A DNA stretch of 24,000 nucleotides from Pyrococcus abyssi GE5 (GCF_000195935.2 NC_000868.1:1437742-1461741); one strand, 5' to 3'. Numbered from the stretch's first letter, positions 7,435 to 15,684 are shown. A program made the numbers and translations. The notes: generated by a model not told the origin, from the letters alone.

Positions 7435-8418
7435 ATGCGGGCCTCCGATTTGATTATCGACCTGGTAATCCTGGGCATAATATTACCCTCGGTTATCGGG
7501 TTCATGATGGGGAGGCCCGTGTTCGTTTCCTATGCCTACTCAGATAGCATGACGCCAACGATAAACAGATGGGACGTTTTCTTCATAAATCCGCTATCAA
7601 AAGGAGACGTTGGAGATATAATCGTCTTTAACCTCTCGGGCAAGTGGACTGTTCATAGGGTATATGCCATAACCGAAAGCGGATACATAACTAAAGGAGA
7701 CAACAACGTTGCAACGGACCAACAAGACAATAAGAATCCACCAATCCCGAGGAATCAGGTGATAGGGAAAGTCATAACGCTTGGGGGTAGACCCATAAAG
7801 ATACCTAAGCTTGGAAAGTACCTACAATCTAAGGATTCCCACTACTTGGCGATAGGATTAGTGGCCTTGGGTGGAGTAATGCTAGGCAGTAATGAGAAGA
7901 GAAGAAGGAAAAGAAGAGGAAAAGTCATTGATACTGGAACCATATACATAGCGCTTTCAGCTTTATTAGCGTTCGGAGTAGTGTTCACGGGTTCAATAGC
8001 GTGGGGTGAGATAAGCATTCCATATACATCAACATTGGCCGGAGGGCAAAGGGAAGGATGGTACCTGCCGGGAAGCGTCGTTGAGAGAAACGTAACCGTT
8101 GAAAATTACGCTAAGTTTCCTATGGTAATGGTCGTTGAAGGGGAAGACATTAGAAGGGTATTCAAGCTGGAAGGTGGAGAGGAAAGAAAGATAGAGATAA
8201 CCATAGACGTTCCAGAAGAGACGAGGGTTTACAATAAGGTCATTAAGGTTTATCCGTATTATCCGATACTTCCACTGAAGCTCATAGACTGGGCCAACTC
8301 AAAAAGCCCATACCTACCCCTGCTCATGGAGGGACTAATGGTATTCCTGGGACTGTTAGCTTTGAAGCCATTACTTGGGGAACCTGAATATATAAACCTT
8401 GGGAGATTTTGGAGTTGA
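7435..8418 (+). CDS. Type I signal peptidase, S26 family, SipW/Sec11 (Ser-His) type, fused to a ~190-aa C-terminal multi-TM plus beta-rich extension
   Basis: Catalytic boxes read directly: YSDSMTPT (Ser box), WTVHRVYAI (His box), TKGDNNVATDQQD (GDNN box). GGTGA RBS at 7424-7428. After residue ~135 come TM2, the basic loop NEKRRRKRRGK, TM3, a ~100-aa non-hydrophobic domain and a final TM. Confidence 0.85.
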   Translation: MRASDLIIDLVILGIILPSVIGFMMGRPVFVSYAYSDSMTPTINRWDVFFINPLSKGDVGDIIVFNLSGKWTVHRVYAITESGYITKGDNNVATDQQDNKNPPIPRNQVIGKVITLGGRPIKIPKLGKYLQSKDSHYLAIGLVALGGVMLGSNEKRRRKRRGKVIDTGTIYIALSALLAFGVVFTGSIAWGEISIPYTSTLAGGQREGWYLPGSVVERNVTVENYAKFPMVMVVEGEDIRRVFKLEGGEERKIEITIDVPEETRVYNKVIKVYPYYPILPLKLIDWANSKSPYLPLLMEGLMVFLGLLALKPLLGEPEYINLGRFWS

Positions 8419-8810
8419 GAAAAATAATTGGAATATTGCTAATTGCAATGGCCCTTCTAACGCTAGAGGTCGGTAGCGTCTCGAACTTTAGGGAGGCCAG
8501 CATGGAGAGGGAGGTTATAGTTGGTTATGGGGACCCTTTCATAGACGTTAGCTGCGAGACCCATGTAATTTGTTGCCATCAGATTGGAGTTATAACGGTG
8601 AAGAACAACCTGGATGAACCCATAGAGGTCTATCTCCTAAGGAAACGTTGCCACTGCACTCAAAGAACTTACATTGGAACTATAGAGCCTGGACATTCAG
8701 AAAACATCTACGTTCTCCCAGGAAATTACACTATACAGGCAGAGTGGAACAGTGGAGGGGCCAAAATAAACGTGACTTGCCCATGCATTAGGAGGGAGCA
8801 TCATGATTAA
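8409..8810 (+). CDS. Small Cys-rich secreted protein with the same N-terminal signature as the two fibre-subunit paralogs
   Basis: N-terminus ...IGILLIAMALLTLEVGSVS|NFREASMEREVIV. Seven Cys (SCETHVICCH, RCHC, CPC) and a C-terminal EHHD. Start is non-ATG (TTG 8409 or 8415) and overlaps the peptidase stop, so it is uncertain. Confidence 0.6.
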   Translation: MELRKIIGILLIAMALLTLEVGSVSNFREASMEREVIVGYGDPFIDVSCETHVICCHQIGVITVKNNLDEPIEVYLLRKRCHCTQRTYIGTIEPGHSENIYVLPGNYTIQAEWNSGGAKINVTCPCIRREHHD

Positions 8811-9720
8811 AGACAATAGATTATCGTACGCGTTCCTGGGACTCTTCGCGCTATTCCTACTACTCTCGCTAGCCTCCTACTCGAGGCCAACCAGCTTCAG
8901 CAGACAGGTGATTGAGGGTAGCATCGTCGAGGAAGGAATGCTAAAGCATGAAGGACACTTAATGAATTCAACAATCTATGGGGAATTCGCGTCCTTAGGT
9001 TATTACCCAACGAAGATCACCGATTACATCGTTGGGGACTACAGGTACAGGGTTACCCCTAAAGAAGATGGAAACTACACGCTGAAAGGCTTGGTCTCTT
9101 ACTACGTCACTAAGGGGAAGGGAAAGGTGTACCTCATAAACGAGACGATGTTCAGCTATAAAGGAAAGTTAACCAACGGAATGTTCGAGGAGAAGTTCAC
9201 GGTGAACCTAAGCAAGATAAACAAGAGAAGGAGCGAGATAAGCGAAGCTTTGAACTTGCCGAGGTTAAGTTACGAGATTAAGGTTGTTGCAGATATTGAT
9301 AGGGAAAACGGAACTTTCAGTCAAGAGATGCCCGTAATCAACGATGCCGCAAGCGGTTTAACGTACATAGACAACACGAACATAAAGAAGAGGAATGCCC
9401 TTACAAAGACCGTTAAAGAAGAGTTGAAGTTCCTTGGCATGAGGGTTTCAACCGCTAGAATAGTGTTCCCGATACTCGCGTTCATCTCGGGGGTTGTAGC
9501 TTTACTAGCTTGGGAGCCCAGGAAGAGGAAGTGGGCCATAGAAGCTAGACCCACGGGAATAGGAGAGAGGGTAATAGTCAACGACATGAAGAGCTTAAAG
9601 AAGATAGCGGGAATAGTTGGGAGTCCAATAATTCACTACGAAACTGACGGAATAAGTGTATACGGAGTTATAGATGGACACGTGCTCTACGAGTACTGGG
9701 AGATCAGGAGCGAGCCTTGA
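8803..9720 (+). CDS. Bitopic/two-TM membrane protein with a ~190-aa external domain and a ~70-aa C-terminal cytoplasmic tail (DUF5305-like?)
   Basis: GGAGGGAG RBS. The ATG overlaps the upstream stop (ATGATTAA). TM at aa ~8-26 and aa ~217-237, followed by the basic stretch EPRKRKW. The family name is only a recollection. Confidence 0.65.
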   Translation: MIKDNRLSYAFLGLFALFLLLSLASYSRPTSFSRQVIEGSIVEEGMLKHEGHLMNSTIYGEFASLGYYPTKITDYIVGDYRYRVTPKEDGNYTLKGLVSYYVTKGKGKVYLINETMFSYKGKLTNGMFEEKFTVNLSKINKRRSEISEALNLPRLSYEIKVVADIDRENGTFSQEMPVINDAASGLTYIDNTNIKKRNALTKTVKEELKFLGMRVSTARIVFPILAFISGVVALLAWEPRKRKWAIEARPTGIGERVIVNDMKSLKKIAGIVGSPIIHYETDGISVYGVIDGHVLYEYWEIRSEP

Positions 9721-11632
9721 TCCAGGCTAATAGGATTATCACTCCCGCTCCTAAGATAACCCCAAAGAGGAACACGAGCAAGTTGGACTTCCCGCTCTTT
9801 ACCTCTATAGTTTTTGTAACAGTTGTTGTCGAGTGCTTTGTCAAGGTTTTCACTTGAGTTTCAGTCTTTACCTCGGTCTTAGTTTCTGTGACCGTTAATG
9901 TTCTAGCGGTTCCATTAGTTAGGGTTATCGTTTTGGTCTCGGTCTTAGTTTTAGTCACCGTAACCGCTTGAGATGAGCCTACGGCCTCGAAGGATATCTT
10001 CGACGAGTACAACTTCACACCATAGGCTTCTAAGTACAAGGGTATCGTGTAGTTCCCCGGGCTCACGACAACTAGTTTAATGCTCTTGACGCTGGCCGGT
10101 ACGGTTACCACTCCAGAGTGGAGTGAGCCCTCGGAAAGTAAGCCCACCCCACTTGGCAAGGCCATCGTGATGTTACCTATTGGAGGATCAACGACGAAGT
10201 TTACCTCGAAGGGCTCCCCTATTCTAGTAACGTTGAGGTAACTAACACCTACGGTTACGTTGATCGCTTTAACGTTCACAATCGGGGAATTTGATGTAAA
10301 GCTAATCAGTGAGAGACCTCCACAAGCCAAGGGATAAGGAACTGGCCCTTCAACGACGAGCCTGCCTACGGTTAAATTACCCGGCTTGAGTGGAACTAAC
10401 GTGAACTTAAGCACTTCACTTTTTCCTGGAGCCAGGGACTTTATGTAAACTTCATCCCTTAAGACCTTGAAGCCATTCCCGGGCTCGAATTTTGCGATCA
10501 TACCTAAGACCTCGCTGGTTCCCTCGTTCTTAACGCTCACATTCACTGTAAAGGGCGTTAGCATCGTAACTTCTCTAGGGGCGCTAACAGTTACGTTCAG
10601 GTAAGCTAGGTATTGGGGCTTCTTTCTCTCGGTGTAGAAGGCTATGAAGTGGGCCTTCTTCCCATTATTATCTTGGGAAGTTTCTAAGAGACCTAACCTT
10701 AAACCATCGTATTCAAGGGCTCCTATGACGTCTTGACTTGCCCTTAAAACTCCCGAATGTAGCTCATTCCCGCAGTTGTTCTCTATACCTATATAAGCCG
10801 CTCCATCGGCTATGCCTTTAACCTTCACGACCAAATCTCCAACCCTAAAGGCCTTGCCCTCGTAGACCCAGAAATCCTTGGAAGGATCGTAGCTTATTGA
10901 AATGTCTAAGGCCCTAAGGTAAACCTCGAGTGAAATTATGGGATCACAAAGGTTCCCTTGCATCTCGCACCTGAAGCCGTTGTACTTAACTATGAAGGGC
11001 CCAACGTAGCCGTAGTCTCCTTCATCTATGTAATAATCCTTGCCCTCGAACTCTATGTTTAGTATGCTCTTTGATTTGTTGTTGACTATGGTCATGTTCA
11101 AACCAGCTAGGGTTAGCTTGTAATCGCCATAGGTTACGTTGCTCAAGAGCTTAAGTTCCCCGCTGAAGACCTTCGGTCTAGGTGTTATAGAAAAGCTGTA
11201 ACCATTCAGCTGGAAGGGCTTCGTATAGCTCTTCCCGCCGGTTCCGTTGGAAACCACGACCTCGTAAGAATCAACCTTAACGTCCTTTACTAGAACCTTG
11301 TAACCTCCAACAACTATGCTCTGGTTCACGAGCAAAGGGGGCAAGGTAACGTTCAAGTAGAACATCGGCTTCTTGCCCAAGAACATCTTAACAAGCTTCA
11401 CCTTAACATTCCCAACATCTTTTTCATCGCCAGGCCTCAGTGAGATGTAGCTGGTTCTGCTAGGGGTGGATACCATTAGCAAGGCTTCACCATCGAAGTT
11501 TCCGTCTTTTGGGATTATCGCGTAGTCACCGTAACTTATCTCCTCCCCTATCCCGAGCCAGCCAGTATAAGTTGAGGCCGAGACCAGTGGAAGGATGAGG
11601 ATCATTACCAGGAGCGCGATGCCCTTCCTCAT
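9704..11632 (-). CDS. Large cell-surface protein: signal peptide, beta-rich ectodomain with CARDB-like module, Thr/Lys/Glu-rich stalk, C-terminal TM anchor; last gene of the fla transcription unit
   Basis: Signal peptide MRKGIALLVMILILPLVSAS. Segment NVTVSAPREVTMLTPFTVNVSVKNEGTSEV...LAPGKSEVLKFTLVPLKPGNLTV fits the CARDB pattern. Stalk TVTKTKTETKTITL...TVTETKTEVKTETQVKT, then LLVFLFGVILGAGVIILLAWIKARS. About 14 N-x-S/T sequons by my count. The ATG lies 3 nt after the flaJ stop, with a GGGGGTG..GGAG RBS. Confidence 0.8.
   Translation of the reverse strand: MRKGIALLVMILILPLVSASTYTGWLGIGEEISYGDYAIIPKDGNFDGEALLMVSTPSRTSYISLRPGDEKDVGNVKVKLVKMFLGKKPMFYLNVTLPPLLVNQSIVVGGYKVLVKDVKVDSYEVVVSNGTGGKSYTKPFQLNGYSFSITPRPKVFSGELKLLSNVTYGDYKLTLAGLNMTIVNNKSKSILNIEFEGKDYYIDEGDYGYVGPFIVKYNGFRCEMQGNLCDPIISLEVYLRALDISISYDPSKDFWVYEGKAFRVGDLVVKVKGIADGAAYIGIENNCGNELHSGVLRASQDVIGALEYDGLRLGLLETSQDNNGKKAHFIAFYTERKKPQYLAYLNVTVSAPREVTMLTPFTVNVSVKNEGTSEVLGMIAKFEPGNGFKVLRDEVYIKSLAPGKSEVLKFTLVPLKPGNLTVGRLVVEGPVPYPLACGGLSLISFTSNSPIVNVKAINVTVGVSYLNVTRIGEPFEVNFVVDPPIGNITMALPSGVGLLSEGSLHSGVVTVPASVKSIKLVVVSPGNYTIPLYLEAYGVKLYSSKISFEAVGSSQAVTVTKTKTETKTITLTNGTARTLTVTETKTEVKTETQVKTLTKHSTTTVTKTIEVKSGKSNLLVFLFGVILGAGVIILLAWIKARS
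9872..9961 (-). repeat. Imperfect 24-nt direct repeat inside the Thr-rich stalk coding region
   Basis: CTCGGTCTTAGTTTCTGTGACCGT (9872-9895) versus CTCGGTCTTAGTTTTAGTCACCGT (9938-9961), 3 mismatches. They encode TVTETKTE and TVTKTKTE. Confidence 0.6.
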
Positions 11633-11635
11633 CTC

Positions 11636-13354
11636 CTACACCCCCAGGAGGTGAAGTATCATCCCACCCTCACCGACGCTCATGAACCTCGCCATGAGGG
11701 TCTGGCCTATGTACATTCCGAAGGCGAAGACCCATAGCAAGATCACGAAGTAGTAAAGTGAGCCAAGCAGGTTCCCTCCGTCAGCTACTTTTATCGCTAA
11801 CGCGGAAAGTAGTGAGTGGACTATCATTATTAGCAGTAACGAGAGGTCAAGTAGTTTCATTCCGCTCGGCGGGATTATGTGGATTATCTCACCTATGTAC
11901 TCCGTTGGAACTTGGAACTTGCTAAAGATATCGTTAATAGCTACAGCGACTTGGAACGATGCTGCTAGAGAGAAGGCGAAAGCTCCAGTTAGACCTAGGA
12001 TTATTCCTATGAAGTTCGAAACGCTCTGTACTCTCTTCCTCCTAAGCCTTACAAGCCTCTCAAAGTTCCTGCTTATCACCTTACCCACGTAATCGGGCTC
12101 GGCACCTAACCTTAGGCTCTCCCTGAATATCTCAGAGAAAATCCCTATCAACCAACTCCCCGTCTCGGCTATGAAGAAGTCCCAAGCTCTCACGGTGTCG
12201 ACCCTAACAGCCAATCTCCTGTAGAGTGACCTTATGTCCTCTGTTAAGGTTCCGAAGTCGTGGGCACTCAGGTACTTCAACACGAGTAAGAGGGAGGCAC
12301 CACTTGATGCCAAGGAAGATGCTAGGCTCCTTATGAAGGCCGGAAAGTTCTCATCCTTCCTGAAGATCATTGCTTCCTCTTTCCTCACAACGTTCCCGGC
12401 GTAGGCCAAAGGGGTTAAGGATAGAGCTATTACGAATGGCGTTGGAAGCTTAAACCTGGGCCTTATCAAGATGAAGTAGAGGAGGAAAACTATGGGGACC
12501 AGCATTGAAGATATTATCAAGGCCCTCTTTATCTTCCTGTGCCTAGGAGTTTCAACCCTCTTCTCGGCCCAGATAGGATCTTCTGGCATCCTGTACTTTA
12601 TAACCATTAGGGATCCTATCTCGGCCACCAAAATTAGGAAAGCCAAGTAAAGTGCAAGCCTACCTATGTTTTGGCCAGTTATTATGGGCCCTATGATCAT
12701 GAAGGCTCCGGCAAAGACTATCGATATGATTATAGACTCGTAAATCTCCTTGAATATGTCGAGATCGTAGAGGGCTCCCTCGTAGAAGGTCTGGTAATCG
12801 TCCATCACCGTTTGCTGCTCCTGGAAGAGGTAATCCTTCAACTCGACACCACTATCTAAAGAGTAAGCGAGCCTATCCAGGAAATCAGCAAAAACCCTGC
12901 TTGGAGTTCTCTTAGCTAGAAACCTAAAAGCCTCTGGCAGAGACCTGTGAAGCTTGTCAACTATCATGTAAACCTTCTTCATCTCCCCAGCTATGGCTCC
13001 AAGCTTAGGGTCACTTGCTAAAACCTTTAGGATGTCGGTTCTACCTATCTCACTCGTAGAGAGAACGGCGAAGTACGTTATGAAGTACGGCAACTTGGAG
13101 TTTATCGAAATTCTCTTTGAATCCGCGGCCAAGTAAGGGTAAGCGGCAACATATATCGCAATTATAATCGGAATCAGGTACATGAAGAAGACCAAGCCCC
13201 TGGGAAGGGGAATCATCCTAGTGAATACGCTGACAACTATGAAAAGAACAAAGGAACCCAAGAGGCCAGGGAGTAGTATTCTCCTCAGGTAGGTCCTCGG
13301 ATCCAGATCTGCCTTCACGAAGATGCTGATCTTCTCCTGAGGCACCTTGATCAC
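11636..13354 (-). CDS. flaJ: Archaellum polytopic membrane platform protein FlaJ/ArlJ
   Basis: 572 aa with multiple TM segments alternating with two cytoplasmic helical domains (T2SS-F/TadC-like architecture). GTG start 3 nt after the flaI stop. Position after flaI is canonical. Confidence 0.9.
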   Translation of the reverse strand: MIKVPQEKISIFVKADLDPRTYLRRILLPGLLGSFVLFIVVSVFTRMIPLPRGLVFFMYLIPIIIAIYVAAYPYLAADSKRISINSKLPYFITYFAVLSTSEIGRTDILKVLASDPKLGAIAGEMKKVYMIVDKLHRSLPEAFRFLAKRTPSRVFADFLDRLAYSLDSGVELKDYLFQEQQTVMDDYQTFYEGALYDLDIFKEIYESIIISIVFAGAFMIIGPIITGQNIGRLALYLAFLILVAEIGSLMVIKYRMPEDPIWAEKRVETPRHRKIKRALIISSMLVPIVFLLYFILIRPRFKLPTPFVIALSLTPLAYAGNVVRKEEAMIFRKDENFPAFIRSLASSLASSGASLLLVLKYLSAHDFGTLTEDIRSLYRRLAVRVDTVRAWDFFIAETGSWLIGIFSEIFRESLRLGAEPDYVGKVISRNFERLVRLRRKRVQSVSNFIGIILGLTGAFAFSLAASFQVAVAINDIFSKFQVPTEYIGEIIHIIPPSGMKLLDLSLLLIMIVHSLLSALAIKVADGGNLLGSLYYFVILLWVFAFGMYIGQTLMARFMSVGEGGMILHLLGV

Positions 13355-13357
13355 CCC

Positions 13358-14971
13358 TTAGATTCTAAAGCTCAAACCTTCGAGACCCCTCTGGTAGAAC
13401 GCCTTGATCTCCCTGTAGACGTCCCAGTAGTTGAATATCTTAAGCTCGACCATCCTCTGGAGTATTCTGGCCCTTAGGAAGAGCTCATCGTATATCGCCT
13501 TAGGATCCTCAAAACCGGCAATCTCGGCTATCTTATTCTCGAGGATGTAAGAGTTGTTCATACCCCTGAAGATGTGCTTGTCGCTAACTGGATCCCACTC
13601 GAAGACATTCCTAGTTGCAACTCCACCGAGCTCCTCGTAGTAACCCTCTATCTCGACGACGTTGATTACCCTTCTAAGGAACTTACCCTTAACGTAAACG
13701 GCCTGCTGGAAGAGGGCTATATTCAAGTTATCTATGAACGTTATCGGAACGTTTATTGGAGAGCCCGTGAAACGCTGGATCATCTTCTTAATGTCACCGG
13801 CGTGGAAGGTTGCCATTACAGGGTGACCCGTCTGCATAGCCTGGAACGCTATGTTACCCTCAGCTCCTCTAATCTCACCGACTATGATGTAGTTAGGTCT
13901 AGATCTTAACGCCGCCTTAAGTAGGTCGAACAGTGTAACACGGCTCTCCTCTGGACCTCTCTCCCTCGTAACGAGTCTCTGCCATGTCGGGTGTGGAACC
14001 TGAACTTCCGGAGTATCTTCAGCGGTAAAGACCTTTGAGCCTGGCTTAATGAACGGGATTATAGCGTTCAAGGTCGTGGTCTTACCAGAGGCAGTCTCAC
14101 CGCAGACGAATATGCTCATTCCGTACTCTATCGCCAACCAGAGGTAAGCTGCTATCTCGGCGCTCATGGTTCCCCAGGCTATCAGCTGGGTTATGCTTAG
14201 TGGCGTTGCAGCGAACTTTCTTATCGTAGCGCTTGGACCCTTGAGCGATACATCCGGAGAGTAGATTATGTTTATACGGGAACCATCTGGAAGAGTTCCA
14301 TCCACTATCGGGTTTCTATCGCTCACGGGCCTCCCTATCCTCTCGGATAGGTTCTTCAGGTAATCGGCCAGCTCTATGTTATCTTTCCACTTGATGTTGG
14401 TCGGCAGGTGCTGGAATATTTTGTGAACTACAGATACGTAGTTGGCACCTATTATGTGGATGTCCTCGAGATATGGATCCCTCGCTATCGGCTCCAAGGG
14501 GCCGATTCCAATTATGTCTCGCTTTATCAAGTACCTAAACTTCTCCATCTCATCCTTGGTTATCGTTAATCCCTTCCTCCCCTTAACAAGGGATAAAACG
14601 GCCTCCTCGAAGAGATTGTCTAGGAATCTCTCGAATTCTTCCTGCTCCTCTGGGATCTCCCTGGTCGGGGCTAGCTCAAGGATTCTATCCTTTATGAGCT
14701 GGTACTTCTCCTCCTCTTCCCTCGTCTCTATCCTGGGCTCTATGACTATGTACTGCGTCTCCGTTTGAGGATCACCGTAGATGTGGATGAATATTGGATC
14801 ACCGACTGGGTAGATTATGTTCGGGTAAGGTATGTCCCTCATATCCGTAGTAAGCTGAACGTGAAACTCGGGGGTCTTACCATACTTACGCCTAAACTCC
14901 TCAACGTACTTCCTAAGGTGAGGATTCCTGCGCATTGCCTCATCAAGTGTCCCTGAAACCGCTTCCGCCAT
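13358..14971 (-). CDS. flaI: Archaellum assembly/motor ATPase FlaI/ArlI (VirB11/type IV secretion NTPase family)
   Basis: Walker A GETASGKTT, Asp/His boxes (VGEIRGAE, GHPVMATFHA), 537 aa. RBS GGTGGTG within the end of flaH. Confidence 0.95.
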   Translation of the reverse strand: MAEAVSGTLDEAMRRNPHLRKYVEEFRRKYGKTPEFHVQLTTDMRDIPYPNIIYPVGDPIFIHIYGDPQTETQYIVIEPRIETREEEEKYQLIKDRILELAPTREIPEEQEEFERFLDNLFEEAVLSLVKGRKGLTITKDEMEKFRYLIKRDIIGIGPLEPIARDPYLEDIHIIGANYVSVVHKIFQHLPTNIKWKDNIELADYLKNLSERIGRPVSDRNPIVDGTLPDGSRINIIYSPDVSLKGPSATIRKFAATPLSITQLIAWGTMSAEIAAYLWLAIEYGMSIFVCGETASGKTTTLNAIIPFIKPGSKVFTAEDTPEVQVPHPTWQRLVTRERGPEESRVTLFDLLKAALRSRPNYIIVGEIRGAEGNIAFQAMQTGHPVMATFHAGDIKKMIQRFTGSPINVPITFIDNLNIALFQQAVYVKGKFLRRVINVVEIEGYYEELGGVATRNVFEWDPVSDKHIFRGMNNSYILENKIAEIAGFEDPKAIYDELFLRARILQRMVELKIFNYWDVYREIKAFYQRGLEGLSFRI

Positions 14972-14972
14972 G

Positions 14973-15671
14973 TCACACCACCGCCGCTATTTCTACTACT
15001 AAACCAACCTTCGGCTCAACTCTAAACGGTATTATCTTCTGGAAAGCTCCCTTGGCATTGTTGTACTTCACTATTGTCGCGGAGTTCTTCAAGTCACCAC
15101 CGAAGACCCTAACGTTGAGCCTAATTAACAGGGTCGAGGCCTCCTCAAGCAGGAACATGACATCTCGCGAGAGCTCCTCAGGGTTAGCGGTCAATATTAT
15201 CACCTTGCCAAGGCTCGACAACTTCTTTATGTACATCAGGAAATTTCTCACGGCCCTAACATCCTGCTCTCGCGAAAGGACGGATGAGAATGAATCTATT
15301 ATAACAACATCCTGATCCCAAAGCCTTGGCTCTCCCAACAATCTGCTCAGGAACTTCCTCTCCTCACTAACACCACTAAGTAAAGGGTAAAGCGATACAA
15401 AGACTAGCTTCTTCCTTATCAGGAAAGGGATAACATCGTAGCTTATGGACATCATCTGCTTTATGTACTCGACCGTTGTGTACTGGCTTGAAACGTAGGA
15501 ACTCGTGTAGCCATTCATGAGGAAACCGTACAGGAGTCTCTGGGAAAGTATTGACTTTCCAGTCCCTCTGTCGCCCTCGATGAGCATTATAGTCCCAGCG
15601 GGAATGCCGCCGCCGAGACGTCTGTGCAGCTCGTCGCTCTTCAGTGTTATCTTCAGTAGCTCCTCGACCAT
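14973..15671 (-). CDS. flaH: RecA/KaiC-like ATP-binding archaellum protein FlaH/ArlH
   Basis: Walker A GDRGTGKS, 232 aa, located between flaG and flaI. GGGGGG RBS. Confidence 0.9.
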   Translation of the reverse strand: MVEELLKITLKSDELHRRLGGGIPAGTIMLIEGDRGTGKSILSQRLLYGFLMNGYTSSYVSSQYTTVEYIKQMMSISYDVIPFLIRKKLVFVSLYPLLSGVSEERKFLSRLLGEPRLWDQDVVIIDSFSSVLSREQDVRAVRNFLMYIKKLSSLGKVIILTANPEELSRDVMFLLEEASTLLIRLNVRVFGGDLKNSATIVKYNNAKGAFQKIIPFRVEPKVGLVVEIAAVV

Positions 15672-15684
15672 GCTAATCCCCCCT

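Noticed and set aside
7236-7505. Minus-strand ORF 7236..7505 (89 aa)
   Set aside because: It overlaps the 3' end of TasA-like paralog 2 and the 5' end of the signal peptidase gene on the opposite strand. It has no RBS and a low-complexity composition, so it is a shadow ORF.
9321-9587. Minus-strand ORF 9321..9587 (88 aa)
   Set aside because: It is antisense within the 8803..9720 membrane-protein gene, which has an RBS and translational coupling. There is no independent support.
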